Positions 14,957 to 28,195 are shown, counted from the first letter of the whole stretch. The stretch: 63,916 nt of DNA, filler included, from Octopus bimaculoides (GCF_001194135.2; 8 parts of 7 records of this genome joined end to end with filler, not necessarily neighbours in it), one strand, 5' to 3'. Notes: generated from the sequence alone by a model not told the origin. Numbers and translations are program-made.

Positions 14957-16480
14957 NCGGGTGAGCTGGTGTTCCGGAGAGGAAACGAGATCTCAGAGCT
15001 GAATTCCAGTGTCAGCAGGAGAGAGTTGTTCTCGGTTTGTGGGAAGTTGGTTGGACACTACCCGATTGCTGGATGGCTGCGCACAGCATGCAGTTACACC
15101 AAGAGACGAGCATAGGGGGGTAGTTGGGGTGACAAGGTGGGAGAGGCGACAGTGGTGATGATGCGGGAAATCCTAGAGAGGACGAAAGCAGAAGACCCAG
15201 TTAGGGGAAACAGGTATGTGCCCAAGACGGAATGCGGGACGGTTTGGTGTGATGCTAGCAGTATAGTGATAGGGGTTGTGTTGGAGATTGAAGTTNNNNN
15301 NNNNNAGAGCTGATCGCCGAGTTTGGACTGAAGCTGAACGTAGTTTTCGTGCCTTCGGAGAGAAACAGGGCAGACACACTGACCAGGGTGAATAGGGCGT
15401 GGCTGGAGGAGCCAGAGGAAGCAAGGAAAGGGATAGCGGCAGCGTGTCGGCTGGGTGACTCCGAACTGAAGAGGCTACATGCTATGCACCACTTGGGGGT
15501 GGATAGGACCCTGTATCTAGCGAAGATGATTGATGCTGACATCACTAGGNNNNNNNNNNACTCCGAACTGAAGAGGCTACATGCTATGCACCACTTGGGG
15601 GTGGATAGGACCCTGTATCTAGCGAAGATGATTGATGCTGACATCACTAGGAGAAGCATCAAGAAAGTGGTTGGGAACTGTGACAGATGCCAGTCCACTG
15701 AACCCGCCCCAGGTGGGCATGAGCAAGGGAACTTCTCAGTAGAGCACAACTGGAGGAGACTAGCTGTGGATGTGATGCACTACCATCAGGAAATGTATCT
15801 CACCATGGTCGACTGTGGGTCGGCTAGCCATTTGGAGGGAGTTGAGGACAGTCATTGCTGATAAGATTGCCCGGGTTTTGAACGGGATATTCTTGGAGAG
15901 GGGTCCCGTGGAAGAACTGCTGATGGACAACAGGGCGACGTTTCGTTCGGAAGCGTTTGGGGGAGATGCTCGACTGGTGGAAGGTGTGATGATTGTTCAG
16001 AGCGGCATATAGGCTGAGCGGCAACGGAATCGTAGAGAGGCACCATCGGACGATCAAGGCCATGGCTGAAAGGGGGCACATTTCGTCCCTGGAAGTGGTT
16101 TTCTGGTATAACATGTCTCCCCGATCCGGACAAGCAGAAGAATCTGTGCAGCACAGAGTAGTGTTCAAATATGAATGGAGGCATCACAGTAAGACGTCGG
16201 AGTACTGCGAGGAAGAGAAGGAACCCGCCGGCGTGAAAGTAGGGGAGGAAGTTTAGGTTAAGCCGCCGAAGGCACGCTGCACGTCACAATGGGGCAGGGG
16301 AACGGTCACGGCGGTCAATTCCAGAAACAATGTATTCGTGGATGGAATGTCGCGTCATGTGCTGGACCTGCGCAGGATAGCCACTTTGTCGGATGAAGAG
16401 CGCGGAGAGGGAAACGCGGCACCTGGCTTGAGAAGATCTCAACGCGTAAGGCACCCGCCCGGTTGGACGGCGGACTTTGA
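14957..16480 (+). mobile_element. Decayed Ty3/Gypsy LTR retrotransposon pol (RT connection, RNase H, integrase)
   Basis: RNase H motifs VWCDASSIVIGVVLE and FVPSERNRADTLTRV; HHCC zinc domain LHAMHHLG...CDRCQ; core WRRLAVD, LLMDNRATFRS and GNGIVERHHRTIK; frameshifts and stops present. Confidence 0.92.
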
Positions 16481-16499
16481 AGTGGAGTAGGGGTGGACG

Positions 16500-16831
16500 T
16501 GATCTTTAAGATCAGGGTGGCGTGTGGTATGACATCAGCATCTGGGAAGCTGACTGCTGACCGGAACCGTGAACTAACCTTTTTGAGCAGGGTTGTTGTG
16601 ACGAGAGGACATGCCAAGCGATCGTCTAGGTGTTGGGAGAAGCAGCTGCTATTTCTAGCGTTCTTTGGGTTAGGCTAGGCGCGAGGATAGGATACCGCAG
16701 GACAGACTCGTGTGACCACAGGACAGACTCGTGTAAGGGAAGGAAAACAAGGTAAGCCGATTACTTCTACTCGCATGCATACACCACACTCAGTGCATAT
16801 TCTGTAGCTATACTTAAGGCCACACATTACA
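16500..16831 (+). mobile_element. Putative 3' LTR of the Gypsy element
   Basis: Follows the purine tract gaagtggagtaggggtgga (PPT-like), starts TG, ends in a plausible CA where composition drops to AT-rich. The 5' LTR is not visible (gap). Confidence 0.55.
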
Positions 16832-16973
16832 CTTGTATCTGTATCATCTGTATCTGTTTGTAATAACCAAATACATGTAGGCCAAGATACATATTTATTC
16901 TTGTTGATAGGGCTCTAAGTATTACGTGTATATGTAACATATTTGTAAATCTTGTATTTTAGATCTCAAGTGA

Positions 16974-19445
16974 TGTCATTCCAAAAGCATGAATCTGGTG
17001 CACAAAAGAGCAAAAAATGAGAAACTGGCAAATGACAAGAAGCATTTGGCTGGAATTATAGATCGGTTTATGCTACCATATTCATCAGTGACATTACTAT
17101 CATCAAATAGCAATGCATCACTGCTCAGAGAAAACAGGCAAGCAAATAATGACAGAAACACCATGCAACAACAAATGTGTGGATGCGATGAAAATTCACA
17201 GCAGGTTACTACATTTCAGAGGGAAATGCAAGGAACCTATATGATGCATTCTGTCAACAACCTTTACCTATTCCTGAAAATATGGTTGTGCAACAAGAAG
17301 CAGTTATTATCACTACTGATCCTGCATCTTGGCTAGAAACTACATCTGATGGCATGCATACTGACATTATGAAACTTGGAGCTAATCCCGACTTCTATTC
17401 TAAGATGCTATCAAATGGCAAAACGAAAGTTCAATTCAGCATGATGCAGTATATTGTTTCTGTTGCAAGCTGTTTGGTTGCAGTAAAATGAGACTAACAT
17501 CTGAAGGATTCAACAGTTGGCAATATTTCAGCAAAACCTTAGAAGAACATGAGAAATCAATGGACCATAAACAGCATGTGATGAAATGGAAGGAGCTTGA
17601 ATTTCGCCTTAAAATAGCCTCAACTCTTGACAAACAGGCGATTGCTTTAGTGGGAAAAGAGAGAGCTCAGTACCACGCAGTGTTAAAATGTATCTTGTGT
17701 AATTGTTTTGTCTTTAGCAGAGAGGAATATGGCCTTTCGTGGTGTTTCAGATAAGCTCTACATCCATGGAAATGGAAATTTTTTAGGCGAAGTGCAGTTG
17801 CTTGTAAAGTTCAATCTCATTTTGGCAGAACACCTGCCGTGTATTCAGAATGCAGAAACAGTGGCTCATTATTTGGGACCTGATAATCAAAATGAATTGA
17901 TATCACTCATTTCTGACTGCATTTTGAAAGTAATCACCAATCAGGAGAAGGCTGCTAAATACTACAGTATTGTACTCGATTGCACTCCAGATATCAGCCA
18001 TCAGGAGCAAATAACCATGATCATCCATTTCGTCGAACTTCAAAAAGGCAAAACCAAAATCAAAGAGTACTTTGTTAGGTTTTTGAAAGTTACTGACACA
18101 AACAGAGCTGAACTTTTTGAATCGTTCTTGGAGAAGCTGGATCTGATGGATTGTAGAGGCCAAACTTATGATAATGGCAGTAATATGAAGGGAAAACATT
18201 CTGGAGTTCAAGCAAGATTTCTACAGAAGAATCCACGAGCGTTCTATTTACATTGCATGAATCACAGTCTTAACCTTGTGTGCAATGCAGCAAGCTCATC
18301 AGTGACAGCTGTCTCTTTCTTTGGTTACTTCCAGTGTGTATTTTCATTTTTTGCAACATCAACTTCTAGATAGAACATTTGAAAGAATTCTGCTCCATCA
18401 CTGTGAAATATCCATCCGACACTCGCTGGGAAAGCAAAATTGAAAGCATACAAACCCTTCGATTCAAAACCAAGGTCATTCATAGTGCATTGATAAGCAT
18501 TCATAATGCTTCAAAAGGTAAAGATTCCAAAGCTTACTCAAGCAAATGCATTAACTGCAGAAATTGCTTCCTTCCGCTTTCTTCTGTGTTTGGTAATATG
18601 GTACGATCTGCTAATTGATATCAATAAGGTCAGCAAGCTACTTTCAGCATGCAAACATGAAATTGACGTTGCCCAGGAGCTTATCTTATCCACCCAGTCC
18701 TTGCTGCACAGCTATCAAGAAAATGACACGTTTTTCTCATCAGCAGTCAACATCGCAACCGAATTATGTGAACAACAACTGGAGATACCGGCAGAGATGC
18801 CAAGTGAAAGGAGACATTGTGTGCCACACCACTTTGGATATGAAAATGAAGATCAACCTCTCGTTGATGCTTTGCAAAATTTGAAAGTGCATTTCTTTTT
18901 TCACGCAATCGACATTGCTCTTGTTTCTCTTGGTGAATGCTTTGATATGTTGAGCAAGCACAATGATATCTTTGCGTTACCTTACAACATTCCTCTACTG
19001 AAACACTGGGAAAATCAGAGCTATTGGAACACTGTGAAATTGTTTCCACTGCACTAACAGTACATACCGATGATGACATTGTCAAGGCAGATATTGAGAA
19101 GACAGAGCTAGCAGAAGAGCTTCGTTCACTTTCACATTTTCTATCATCTGAGTGCAAGAAAGCCCATGATGTGGTCAATTATATTCAGAAATCTGGCCTT
19201 ATGGAGATTTCCCCTAATGTATTAGTGGCTTTGCAAATTATCCTTTCAATGCCAGTGAGTGTTGCAAGCAGAGAGCGCAGTTTCTCCAAATTAAAGCTGA
19301 TTAAATCATATCTGTGATCCACTATGGCACAGGAAAGACTCTGTGGATTGTCTATGATATCTATTGAACACGAACTTAGCTCTCAGCTCGATTATTCTGA
19401 ACTGATTGATGATTTCGCAAAGTGAAAAGTGCGCTGTGTTTGTCT
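16974..19445 (+). mobile_element. Decayed hAT transposase (ZMYM1-like: DUF4371 plus hAT C-terminal dimerisation domain)
   Basis: Starts MSFQKHESGAQK; then LAERNMAFRG, YYSIVLDCTPDISHQEQ, CRGQTYDNGSNMKG, HCMNHSLNL, SDTRWESK and PVSVASRERSFSKLKLIKSYL; multiple stops and frameshifts. Confidence 0.92.
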
Positions 19446-19499
19446 TTGAAAGTTGCCTGGATTATAATAGTGCTCTTTTATTCATATCTGGAAGTTTTA

Positions 19500-19985
19500 C
19501 TTATTGAAATTTGTAATAGACCTGTAGCAGAACTATATCGTCTCTTTGTTGTTCCTCTGACTGGTCAGAAGCATGACAAAGCGACATTGTTTCCACTAAT
19601 TCAAAAATACATCAAACCTGGCTCAGTTATTGACAGTGATTCTTGGGCAACTTACAAAGATATACACACATTGAGTTATCAGCATTACATGATAAACCAC
19701 AAAGTAAATTTTGTTGACACTACATATGCACACATACACACACAAAACATCGAACATTTTTGGCAAGATTTAAAAGAATGGGTGAAAAGGCCCGGTATTC
19801 ATTCAAACTATCTACACCAGTATGTGGCCAGGTACTCATTTATTTCTTCTGTAGTAAGCAAAAAAAATTGCTGCACCAATTGTTTATTGAGGCAGCAAAA
19901 TTATATACACCCTTCCCAAATCACTAGTAACGGCTTGATTCCAGCACAAATCTGGAGACAGAAGATATACGGGACTGCCCTTTAA
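19500..19985 (+). mobile_element. Merlin/ISXO2-like (IS1595-family DDE) transposase fragment
   Basis: HDKATLFPLIQKYIKPGSVIDSDSWATY...HYMINHKVNFVD...HTQNIEHFWQDLK. Confidence 0.85.
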
Positions 19986-21021
19986 CTGCATAAAATAAGT
20001 TAAATACTTTTCAAATTTTATATTTTAAGGTCAGTTGGTTGATATGTTTCATTAAAATCTTTGTAAATTACTTCCGCATAGCCAAAATGTGCTGCAAAAT
20101 TTTGTTTTATCAATTAATTTATGGCAAAAATTCATTTACAGTGTATTACAAGGTTAATTAAGATAACAAAAGAAATGCTCAAGGGTGCACTCTACCCCAC
20201 CCCTTCCATTTTCCATAGAAAAATACATTTGTGGTATATTAGGAGCCCAACTACGATGATAGCATGTAAAAAAAACATTGAGAAAAAATTTCCTTTGAAA
20301 TCAGGGCCAGAGGATTTCCAAGGGTGCACTCCACCCCCTCTGTTTTCCACATAAAAAATGCATTTGNNNNNNNNNNNNNNNNNNNNNNNNNNNNNNNNNN
20401 NNNNNNNNNNNNNNNNNNNNNNNNNNNNNNNNNNNNNNNNNNNNNNNNNNNNNNNNNNNNNNNNNNNNNNNNNNNNNNNNNNNNNNNNNNNNNNNNNNNN
20501 NNNNNNNNNNNNNNNNNNNNNNNNNNNNNNNNNNNNNNNNNNNNNNNNNNNNNNNNNNNNNNNNNNNNNNNNNNNNNNNNNNNNNNNNNNNNNNNNNNNN
20601 NNNNNNNNNNNNNNNNNNNNNNNNNNNNNNNNNNNNNNNNNNNNNNNNNNNNNNNNNNNNNNNNNNNNNNNNNNNNNNNNNNNNNNNNNNNNNNNNNNNN
20701 NNNNNNNNNNNNNNNNNNNNNNNNNNNNNNNNNNTAAACTTCTTTGCATACAGTTGTTATTTTGAAATGCTTATCTTCTGATATTTGTGAGTCCATTGAA
20801 TAAATATTCTGTCCTATTAAATGTTGGCCTTCTTAAACATGAAATAATACGATAGTTCCAGCCTTAAATAAATCTAACTTGTACTTTTAAAGATGTTCTT
20901 TAGGATAACGTGAAATATTGAACTTCAGATAGAATAAAGTAAAATATAGCTATAAATAAAAGGTGTGTAGGTTATGAATTTTGATTGAAGAGATGGGACC
21001 TTGAAATAAACAGTTGCAGTG

Positions 21022-21052
21022 GGGGGGCTCTAAAAGTCATGTGACGGCCCTG
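21022..21052 (+). mobile_element. Probable 3' terminus of the hAT element
   Basis: gggggggctctaaaagtcatgtgacggccctg; the reverse complement starts CAGGGCCGTC, a hAT-like terminus. The matching 5' TIR is not in the visible sequence. Confidence 0.45.
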
Positions 21053-21561
21053 GATAGACATGAAATGAGACACAAAAATGATAACTTATTTTAAAATAAC
21101 TTCCAAACAAAAGGTAATCAAAATCCGATAAGTTTAATTGAAGTAGGCAGTTCCACCTGATGTATGTCAAATGAATAAAATTACACAAGTGTATACTGAT
21201 TATTTATACAGAGAAACTAATGGAGAAAAAATGTTGAGAAAATAAATATTACAAAAATCTTAACAATATGCAAGCTAAAACTACTCAATAGTAATTATAT
21301 TCTGCTTCTCTCTTTGTTGTTAACTACTGGTCAACTCTGATCAAGGACACCTATGATCAAAAGTGTTTCAAATCTGACCATCACATCATTATTTTTTTTT
21401 ATATAAAGTGTATCAAGAACTACAATATCTTATGTGTACTTTTTTTCTGAAGACAGAAGGGTGTGAGATGAAGGAGATTTGGCTGCTATATTTAGCAGCT
21501 TGCGCAAATGCATAAAAGCTCTCTTTCTCACTTTCTCTCTCCCCTTTGTGTGTGTGTGTTA

Positions 21562-21649
<88 letters not shown>

Positions 21650-22323
21650 CGTGCACGCATGTTTGTCTCATGTCATTATGCATGTTTTGTTAAACAAATC
21701 ACTAGAAACTCTATTAACCAATTTAATGTTGAATTCTTTGTATTTTCTAATGGCCAAGCTGATTAGTATAAGAAGCAGGAGGTCAGTAAAACCAAACATG
21801 ACATGAGTTTTACTGGATTGACTCTAGTTTTTTATATAACAGAAACCCCTGTGTATATAAAAGTATTTATATTCCAGTAATTAACTTCACATGATTTCAT
21901 GTGCCCTCCAGTGACATCGTTGATAACTTTAAACATTAGATTGGTTGGATTTTTTCTCACTCTTGTTGAGAATGGTCTGTTGCTCAACGAAAGCTTCAAG
22001 AAAGTAGCAAAACTTTTTGTGAATTGTAATTTTTAAATGTTTTTGAGTTGGATGTATTCCACAGTCTTTGCTACTGAGTCAGTTAAGTTTGGAGACACTT
22101 GAATTTAGCAATGGCAGGAGCAATTGTTTGTTTACATTATCTTTTATGGTTTCTGGCAGATTTTGGCCCATTCTCAGTGTTTTGAGAGGATTGAGAATCA
22201 GTCGATTGGCAATCTTACAATACCAGTACCAAAGATCCGCCTTTTCCGTAAAAAGTGTCTTCGGCGATCTTTACCAAATTTGCAAATTTGGTTGCAAATT
22301 TTCTAATTTATAATTAATGTTTA

Positions 22324-23857
22324 TTGTTTGTATTTAACTTTCAATTTTTCGTTGATTATGGAATTTACAGGATTGAGCCACTGTTTTGGAATTCATCTTT
22401 GAAGGATATCCCCATCCCATCTAGAAAGGAATATATTTTGAAACTTATTAATAATATTAAGGACTTTATTACTAGAATTAAATGGAAAGCTTATTTTAAT
22501 AATAATCATAATATTACTAAAATTCATGATGTAGATAATTTAGATTATATTAATTCTAAATTTAAATCTAGAAAACAACCACCATATAATAGGGATTTAC
22601 AGACTTTAGAGGATAGTATTTGGAAAGTAGTGAAAAATATTAAATTTCATAAATATCCAAATAGACATAATGATTATTTAAGTAATTTAGCCATTAAAAT
22701 TAAACAATTTAGAAATATGGATGGTATTATTGTACAATCTGATAAAACTAGGAACCTATATAAACTAGATGTAAAACTATATGATTATTTATTAGAGAAA
22801 GAAATTAATAAAAAATATAAGATAGTTCCAGATAATACTTTATATNNNNNNNNNNAGGCTTATTTGTCCTTGTAAGTCAGATCTAGGTAAATTAAGTAAA
22901 ATAATTTTAGATAAATATATTAATAAATTAAATGGAATTAATTATCTTAAATTATGGAATAGCACAGTAGATACATTAAATTGGTTTAATAATATTAAAG
23001 ATAAAAATAGGTATAAATTTATTCAAATAGATATTGATAATTATTATTATTCCATAAATGAAAGTGTACTAAATAAGGCCCTAATTTTTGCTATGAAGAA
23101 AGTAGGTATGACTTATGATGAAGTAAATGTAGTTAAATTGGCTAGGAAATCATTGATTAAATATGATAATAAATTGTGGGCTAGGAAAGATACTAGAGAT
23201 TATTTCGATATACCAATGGGGGAGCCTGATTCAGCACAGGTAACTGATTTAGTAGGTATATATTTATTACCTGAACTTGAACTTGAAAACTTGAAATTGG
23301 AGGGTGGTTTATATAGGGATGACCTTTTATTACTTACTAAAAATTGCACTAATAGAAAACTAGAATTATATAAGAAGAGAATATATAGTTTTTTTTAAAA
23401 GAAATGGTTTAAAGATTACTATTTATAATGGGTACTATAACGTTAATTATTTAGATGCTAATTTTAACTAATCTACTGGTAGTACCCAACCTTACGATAA
23501 GATTAATGAAAATATTAAATACATTCATGCTAAAAGCAATCACCCACCCTCAATTAAAATATCATTAACATTTACTATAGGTAAGAGAATATCTTTACTA
23601 TCTTCGAATATAGAGATCTTTGAAAAACATGCACCTTATTACAATAAAGCCCTTCTAGAAGCGGGATATACAAATGATATAAAATTTTTTAATAATCCGA
23701 AATAATTTTATAATTTTAGTACTAGTAATTATAATAGTAATGACCTTTTTAATAAACATAACTTTTATACTCATGATAATGTCTTCTTAGGTAATAATAA
23801 GAATAATAAGAATAATAGGTATTATGATAATAAATTACCTAAACATAAACTTAATTT
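22324..23857 (+). mobile_element. Decayed Penelope-like element (PLE) reverse transcriptase
   Basis: FITRIKWKAYF, SDKTRNLYKL, FIQIDIDNYYYSI (motif A), IPMGEPDSAQVTDLVGIYLL (motif B), GGLYRDDLLL (motif C), YIHAKSNHPP; frameshifted. Confidence 0.85.
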
Positions 23858-24419
23858 NNNNNNNNNNNNNNNNNNNNNNNNNNNNNNNNNNNNNNNNNNN
23901 NTTAATTAATTAANNNNNNNNNNNNNNNNNNNNNNNNNNNNNNNNNNNNNNNNNNNNTATATATATATATATATATATTTACAAACACGTGTCTCTCTAT
24001 GGAGATATATCCATGTACAAAGACGTATGCATTTGCATGCACATGTTTATATAGAAAATGCTCACATATACACACACACACACTTGTAGACTCATAGACT
24101 CGCAACAATGACCAACAATTCATCTTCAGTTGACAACTGGATTGTGAAAAGATTTCGTGGCCAACCACCTCTACCACTCCTACTGCCACTACTAACACTA
24201 CTACTATTACTACAACTATCACCACCACTTCCCCCACCACTGCTACTACTACTACGATTACTACTACCCCTACCACTCGTCATCCAATGTGCCTTGGCCA
24301 ACAAGGACCGCACTGTATTTTTGCATTCGCGAGACACGGGGCCTGTCGTGTGTGTAAGGTGTCACCCTGTGTCAGAAGTGACGTCTCCTTTTTTTTTTTT
24401 TTTTTTTCAATTTTCAACC

Positions 24420-24552
24420 TGGTGGATTTGAGCAATGTGGAATAAAGTGCCTTGCTCAAAGAGACAACATACCATCCAAGCTTTGGAATTGAACTCTCGC
24501 CATTAACGATGCAGAGACCAACAGCTTAACCACAAGACAATGCGCCTTCACA
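24420..24552 (-). mobile_element. tRNA-SINE with a ttgagcaaggcacttt central domain
   Basis: A and B boxes plus the central domain; related copies at 12815-12965(-), 29520-29740(+) and 34810-34940(+). Confidence 0.7.
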
Positions 24553-24856
24553 CTCTTTCTAATATATTACCAAAACTACTACTACTACTACCTCCACTAC
24601 CACTACAACATATACTACTACTTCTGTTGCTGTTGCTTCTACTGATGCCATTGCTACAAATAGGGGCAAAAGAAGGAGGGAAGTGTTAGCCAGGATTAAG
24701 ACATGTTCATGTGACCCCTTGTGTGCACATCGATGACCCTGCACTTACACCCACATGCAGTGAACCTTTTCACATAGATATACAAAATTAGTGACTCGGA
24801 CAGTAACATGGGCAGCAATATGGTCTGTAACATCTCTTAGACACCTTTGCACAGTG

Positions 24857-25380
24857 TGTCTGCTTGTCAATGTCCGAGTGTCCACTTCACTGTGTGTTTG
24901 TCTGCTTGTCAATGTCCGAATGTCCACTTCACTGTGTGTTTGTCTGCTTGTCAATGTCTGAGTGTCCATTTCACTGTGTGTTTGTCTGCTTGTCAATGTC
25001 TGAGTGTCCATTTCACTGTGTGTTTGTCTGCTTGTCAATGTCCGAGTGTCCATTTCACTGTGTGTTTGTCTGCTTGTCAATGTCCGAGTGTCCACTTCAC
25101 AGCGTGCCTGTTCAGTTGCCTGGACATTTGACAGGCAGATGGAAAGACTGTGAGATTGACACTTGGACTTTGACAAGGGGAAAGACATACTGGGAAATTT
25201 ACACTTGAATATTGACAAACAGACAGAGACTGTGAAATGGACACTATGACTTTGGCAGGCAGACATGCACACTCCGAAATTAACACTCAGTCATTGACAA
25301 GCAGGCAGTTACACTGGGAAATTGACAGTGAGACATTGACAAGCAGACAGACACCCTGAGAAATTGACATTCAGACATGA
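24857..25380. repeat. 42-bp minisatellite: 6 near-identical forward copies, then about 6 degenerate inverted copies
   Basis: Unit tgtctgcttgtcaatgtccgagtgtccacttcactgtgtgtt at 24857+42n; reverse-complement motifs gacattgacaagcagaca and tgaaatggacact appear after about 25125. Confidence 0.9.
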
Positions 25381-25884
25381 TTACACATTAGGAAAGACAG
25401 TTAGACTGCAAAACATAGGCTGAAAAGCTTTGATGAAAAAAAGGTAAAAATAAACAGGTATGCACACAAATATATGCAGATAATTTTTATATACACCCAG
25501 ACTAATTGAAGGAGAGGTAAGAGAGAGAAAGGGGAATTCTCAAGTGTTGTCTGATATGGGTGGGGACTGTGGTGGTGGTGGCGGTGGGCATGGGTAAGAG
25601 GAGGAGGTAAGTGGTGGCAGCAGAGTTAGTGGTGGTCGTCGTGGTGGAGGAAGGATAAAAACAAAAATGTTCTGTCTTACTGACAACAGCCTTTATTATT
25701 AGTATTACTACCTTTAAAATCTATTATCATTGTTATTGTTGTTGTTGTTGTTGTTATACTCAATGTGAGGTGTAGAGTGAGCTTGATTGGCAAGAGGAAT
25801 GAGAAATTATGTGTGTAAGAAGAAGAAGAAGAAGAACAGAAGAAAATCTAATTTGTAATTAAAGAGTAAAAAAAAAAATTATCT

Positions 25885-26240
25885 ATAGGCGCAGAAGTGG
25901 CTGTGTGGTAAGTAGCTTGCTTACCAACCGCATGGTTCTGGGTTCAGTCCCACTGCGTGGCATCTTGGGCAAGTGTCTTCTACTATAGCCTCGAGCCGAC
26001 CAAAGCCTTGTGAGTGGATTTGGTAGACGGAAACTGAAAGAAGCCCGTTGTATATATATATATATATAAACATATATATATATATATATATGAATGTGTA
26101 TGTTTGTGTTTGTCCCCCAACATCGCTTGATAACCAATGCTGGTGTGTTTACATCCCCGTGACTTAGCGGTTCGGTAAATAGACCGATAGAATAAGTACT
26201 AGGCTTCCAAAGAATAAGTCCTAGGGTCGATTTGGTAGAC
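25885..26240 (+). mobile_element. SINE family B (tRNA head, ccttgggcaagt-type central domain, internal TA microsatellite)
   Basis: ggcgcagaagtggctgtgtggtaag...gggttcagtccc...cttgggcaagtgtcttctactatagcc. Confidence 0.88.
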
Positions 26241-26649
26241 GGAGGAAAAAACCTATTCCTTTCAAAAAGCGCAAAGAACATCCAATTCACTGGGGCCAAA
26301 TACAAATAATGAATTAACTAGAGAAATACAATTGGCAAGCTAACAATTTATTTACATTATAATATAAAATATAAGATGACCAAATTTAAAAAACAAAAAC
26401 AAAGCCAACAATTTGTTTCGACTTAGCAGTTCGGTAAAAGAGATCAATAGATTATTTGATTTATAAACCATTCATATCTTTTTAATTTTTTATTTGTAAT
26501 TTATATATATGCACACATGCACATATATATATTTACACACACATACACACACGAGAGAGAGAGAGAGAGAGAGAACAAATGAAAGTAGCACTCAATACAT
26601 TTGATGGGAATTTTATATATATGTATATATATATATATTATTTTTTTTA

Positions 26650-26970
26650 TTCATTTCAGTCATTTGACTGCGGCCATGCTGGAGCACCGCCTTTAGTCGA
26701 GCAAATTGACCCCAGGACTTATTCTTTGTAAGTCTAGCATTTATTCTATTTTTTCTCTTTTGCTGAACCGCTAAGTTACAGGGACGTAAACACACCAGCA
26801 TCGGTTGTCAAGCAATGGTGGGGAGGAGAAAAAAAGCACACACACACACACACGATGGGCTTCTTTCAGTTTCTATCTAGCAAATCCACTCATAAGGCTT
26901 TGGTCAGCCCCAGGCTATAGTAGAAGACACTTGACCAAGGTGACTTGCAGTGGGACTAAACCCGGAATCA
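26650..26970 (-). mobile_element. SINE family B
   Basis: Reverse-complement match, including the 3' end ggcggtgctccagcatggccgcagtc. Confidence 0.85.
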
Positions 26971-27570
26971 GTTACACATGACTTGAAGTTTCATGGGTGT
27001 GTAGGACACGTCCTTCTCATTAGATGCCAGGAGTGGAGTGTGTGTTTATGTCATCATTTAACGTCCACTTTCCATGCTGGCATGGGTTGGATGGTTTGAC
27101 TGAGAACTGGTAAGCCAGGAGGCTGCACCAGGCTCCAGTCTGATTTGGCCCTTCCTAATACCAACCACTCCAACAGTGTAGTGGGTGCTTTTTACATGCC
27201 ACCGGCACAGGTGACAGTCAGGCAGCACTGACATCTGCCATGCTTGAATGGTGCTTTTTATGTGCCAATATATANNNNNNNNNNNNNNNNNNNNNNNNTA
27301 TGTATGTGTGTGTGTGTGTGAAAGACCTCTCATTTATTTTGAGACATGTGTAGGAATTAAAGGAACTTTTATTTATATGCGTTTTGCTCCATTTATTATT
27401 ATTATCCATATCTTCTCAAAATGTATCACTTTAACTTGATATCTCTACCTGTAAAACGGCTGTGATATCTTGTTTTTTGGTGTAATTTTGCTACCTCTGG
27501 TAACTATTAACATATTTACATTATCAAAGGTTTTAATAACTGAGATAATATTAATATATACATAAACTGA

Positions 27571-27601
<31 letters not shown>

Positions 27602-27608
27602 ATTTTTC

Positions 27609-27660
<52 letters not shown>

Positions 27661-27810
27661 ATGCACAAACGTATATTATATATGCATGCACATATATATA
27701 ATTTATATATATATATATATAAATTACATATATATGTGTATGTATATATAATATACGTTTGTGTGTGTGTGTGTATATATATATTATATATAGAAAAATA
27801 CATACATATG

Positions 27811-27848
<38 letters not shown>

Positions 27849-27861
27849 TCATGTTCTATAG

Positions 27862-28195
27862 ACATGAATGTGTCTCTTAATGCCTTCTGGTGCCTTGCAA
27901 ACCTTTTGGCAAATGGAACAAGTTGAGGAATCAGTTTGCCTGAGGGCTTGTGGATCAGTTACTATGTGTTTTCTTGGGTGGATGGCAAGGCCGGCTTTCC
28001 TTCATGCCACAAGACTACAATGACAGGTAAAATGTCCACCTGATGAACAGTGTTTTGCCAGCATGCCTTCATGCTTGCATAAGTTGGCCCCAATGTTGGA
28101 GACAACTTTATTCAAATCTTTGAACTGAGAGGGGAAGCAGGACTGGCGGAAAGTCCTACATTCTGATACTGTTTTCCCAGGAAGAAAAAGGAATG
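27862..28195 (-). mobile_element. Degenerate C2H2 zinc-finger tract, probably the 3' end of a LINE ORF
   Basis: FTCHC...AGLAIHPRKH and [22 protein letters not shown] in one frame with an internal stop, ending in a (GT)n tract. Confidence 0.45.

Noticed and set aside
15458-15651. 92-bp tandem duplication in the Gypsy integrase
   Set aside because: Identical copies on either side of a 10-N gap indicate unmerged contig ends. The same applies to about 56230-56485 and probably 31028 versus 31927.
21955-22005. Hammerhead upstream of the PLE RT (gaaagcttc)
   Set aside because: No CUGANGA core in the required position.
24745-25272. ORFs with VDTRTLTSRQTHSE or Cys/His-rich repeats
   Set aside because: The 42-bp unit is stop-free in several frames on both strands; there is no independent coding evidence and no true zinc-finger spacing.
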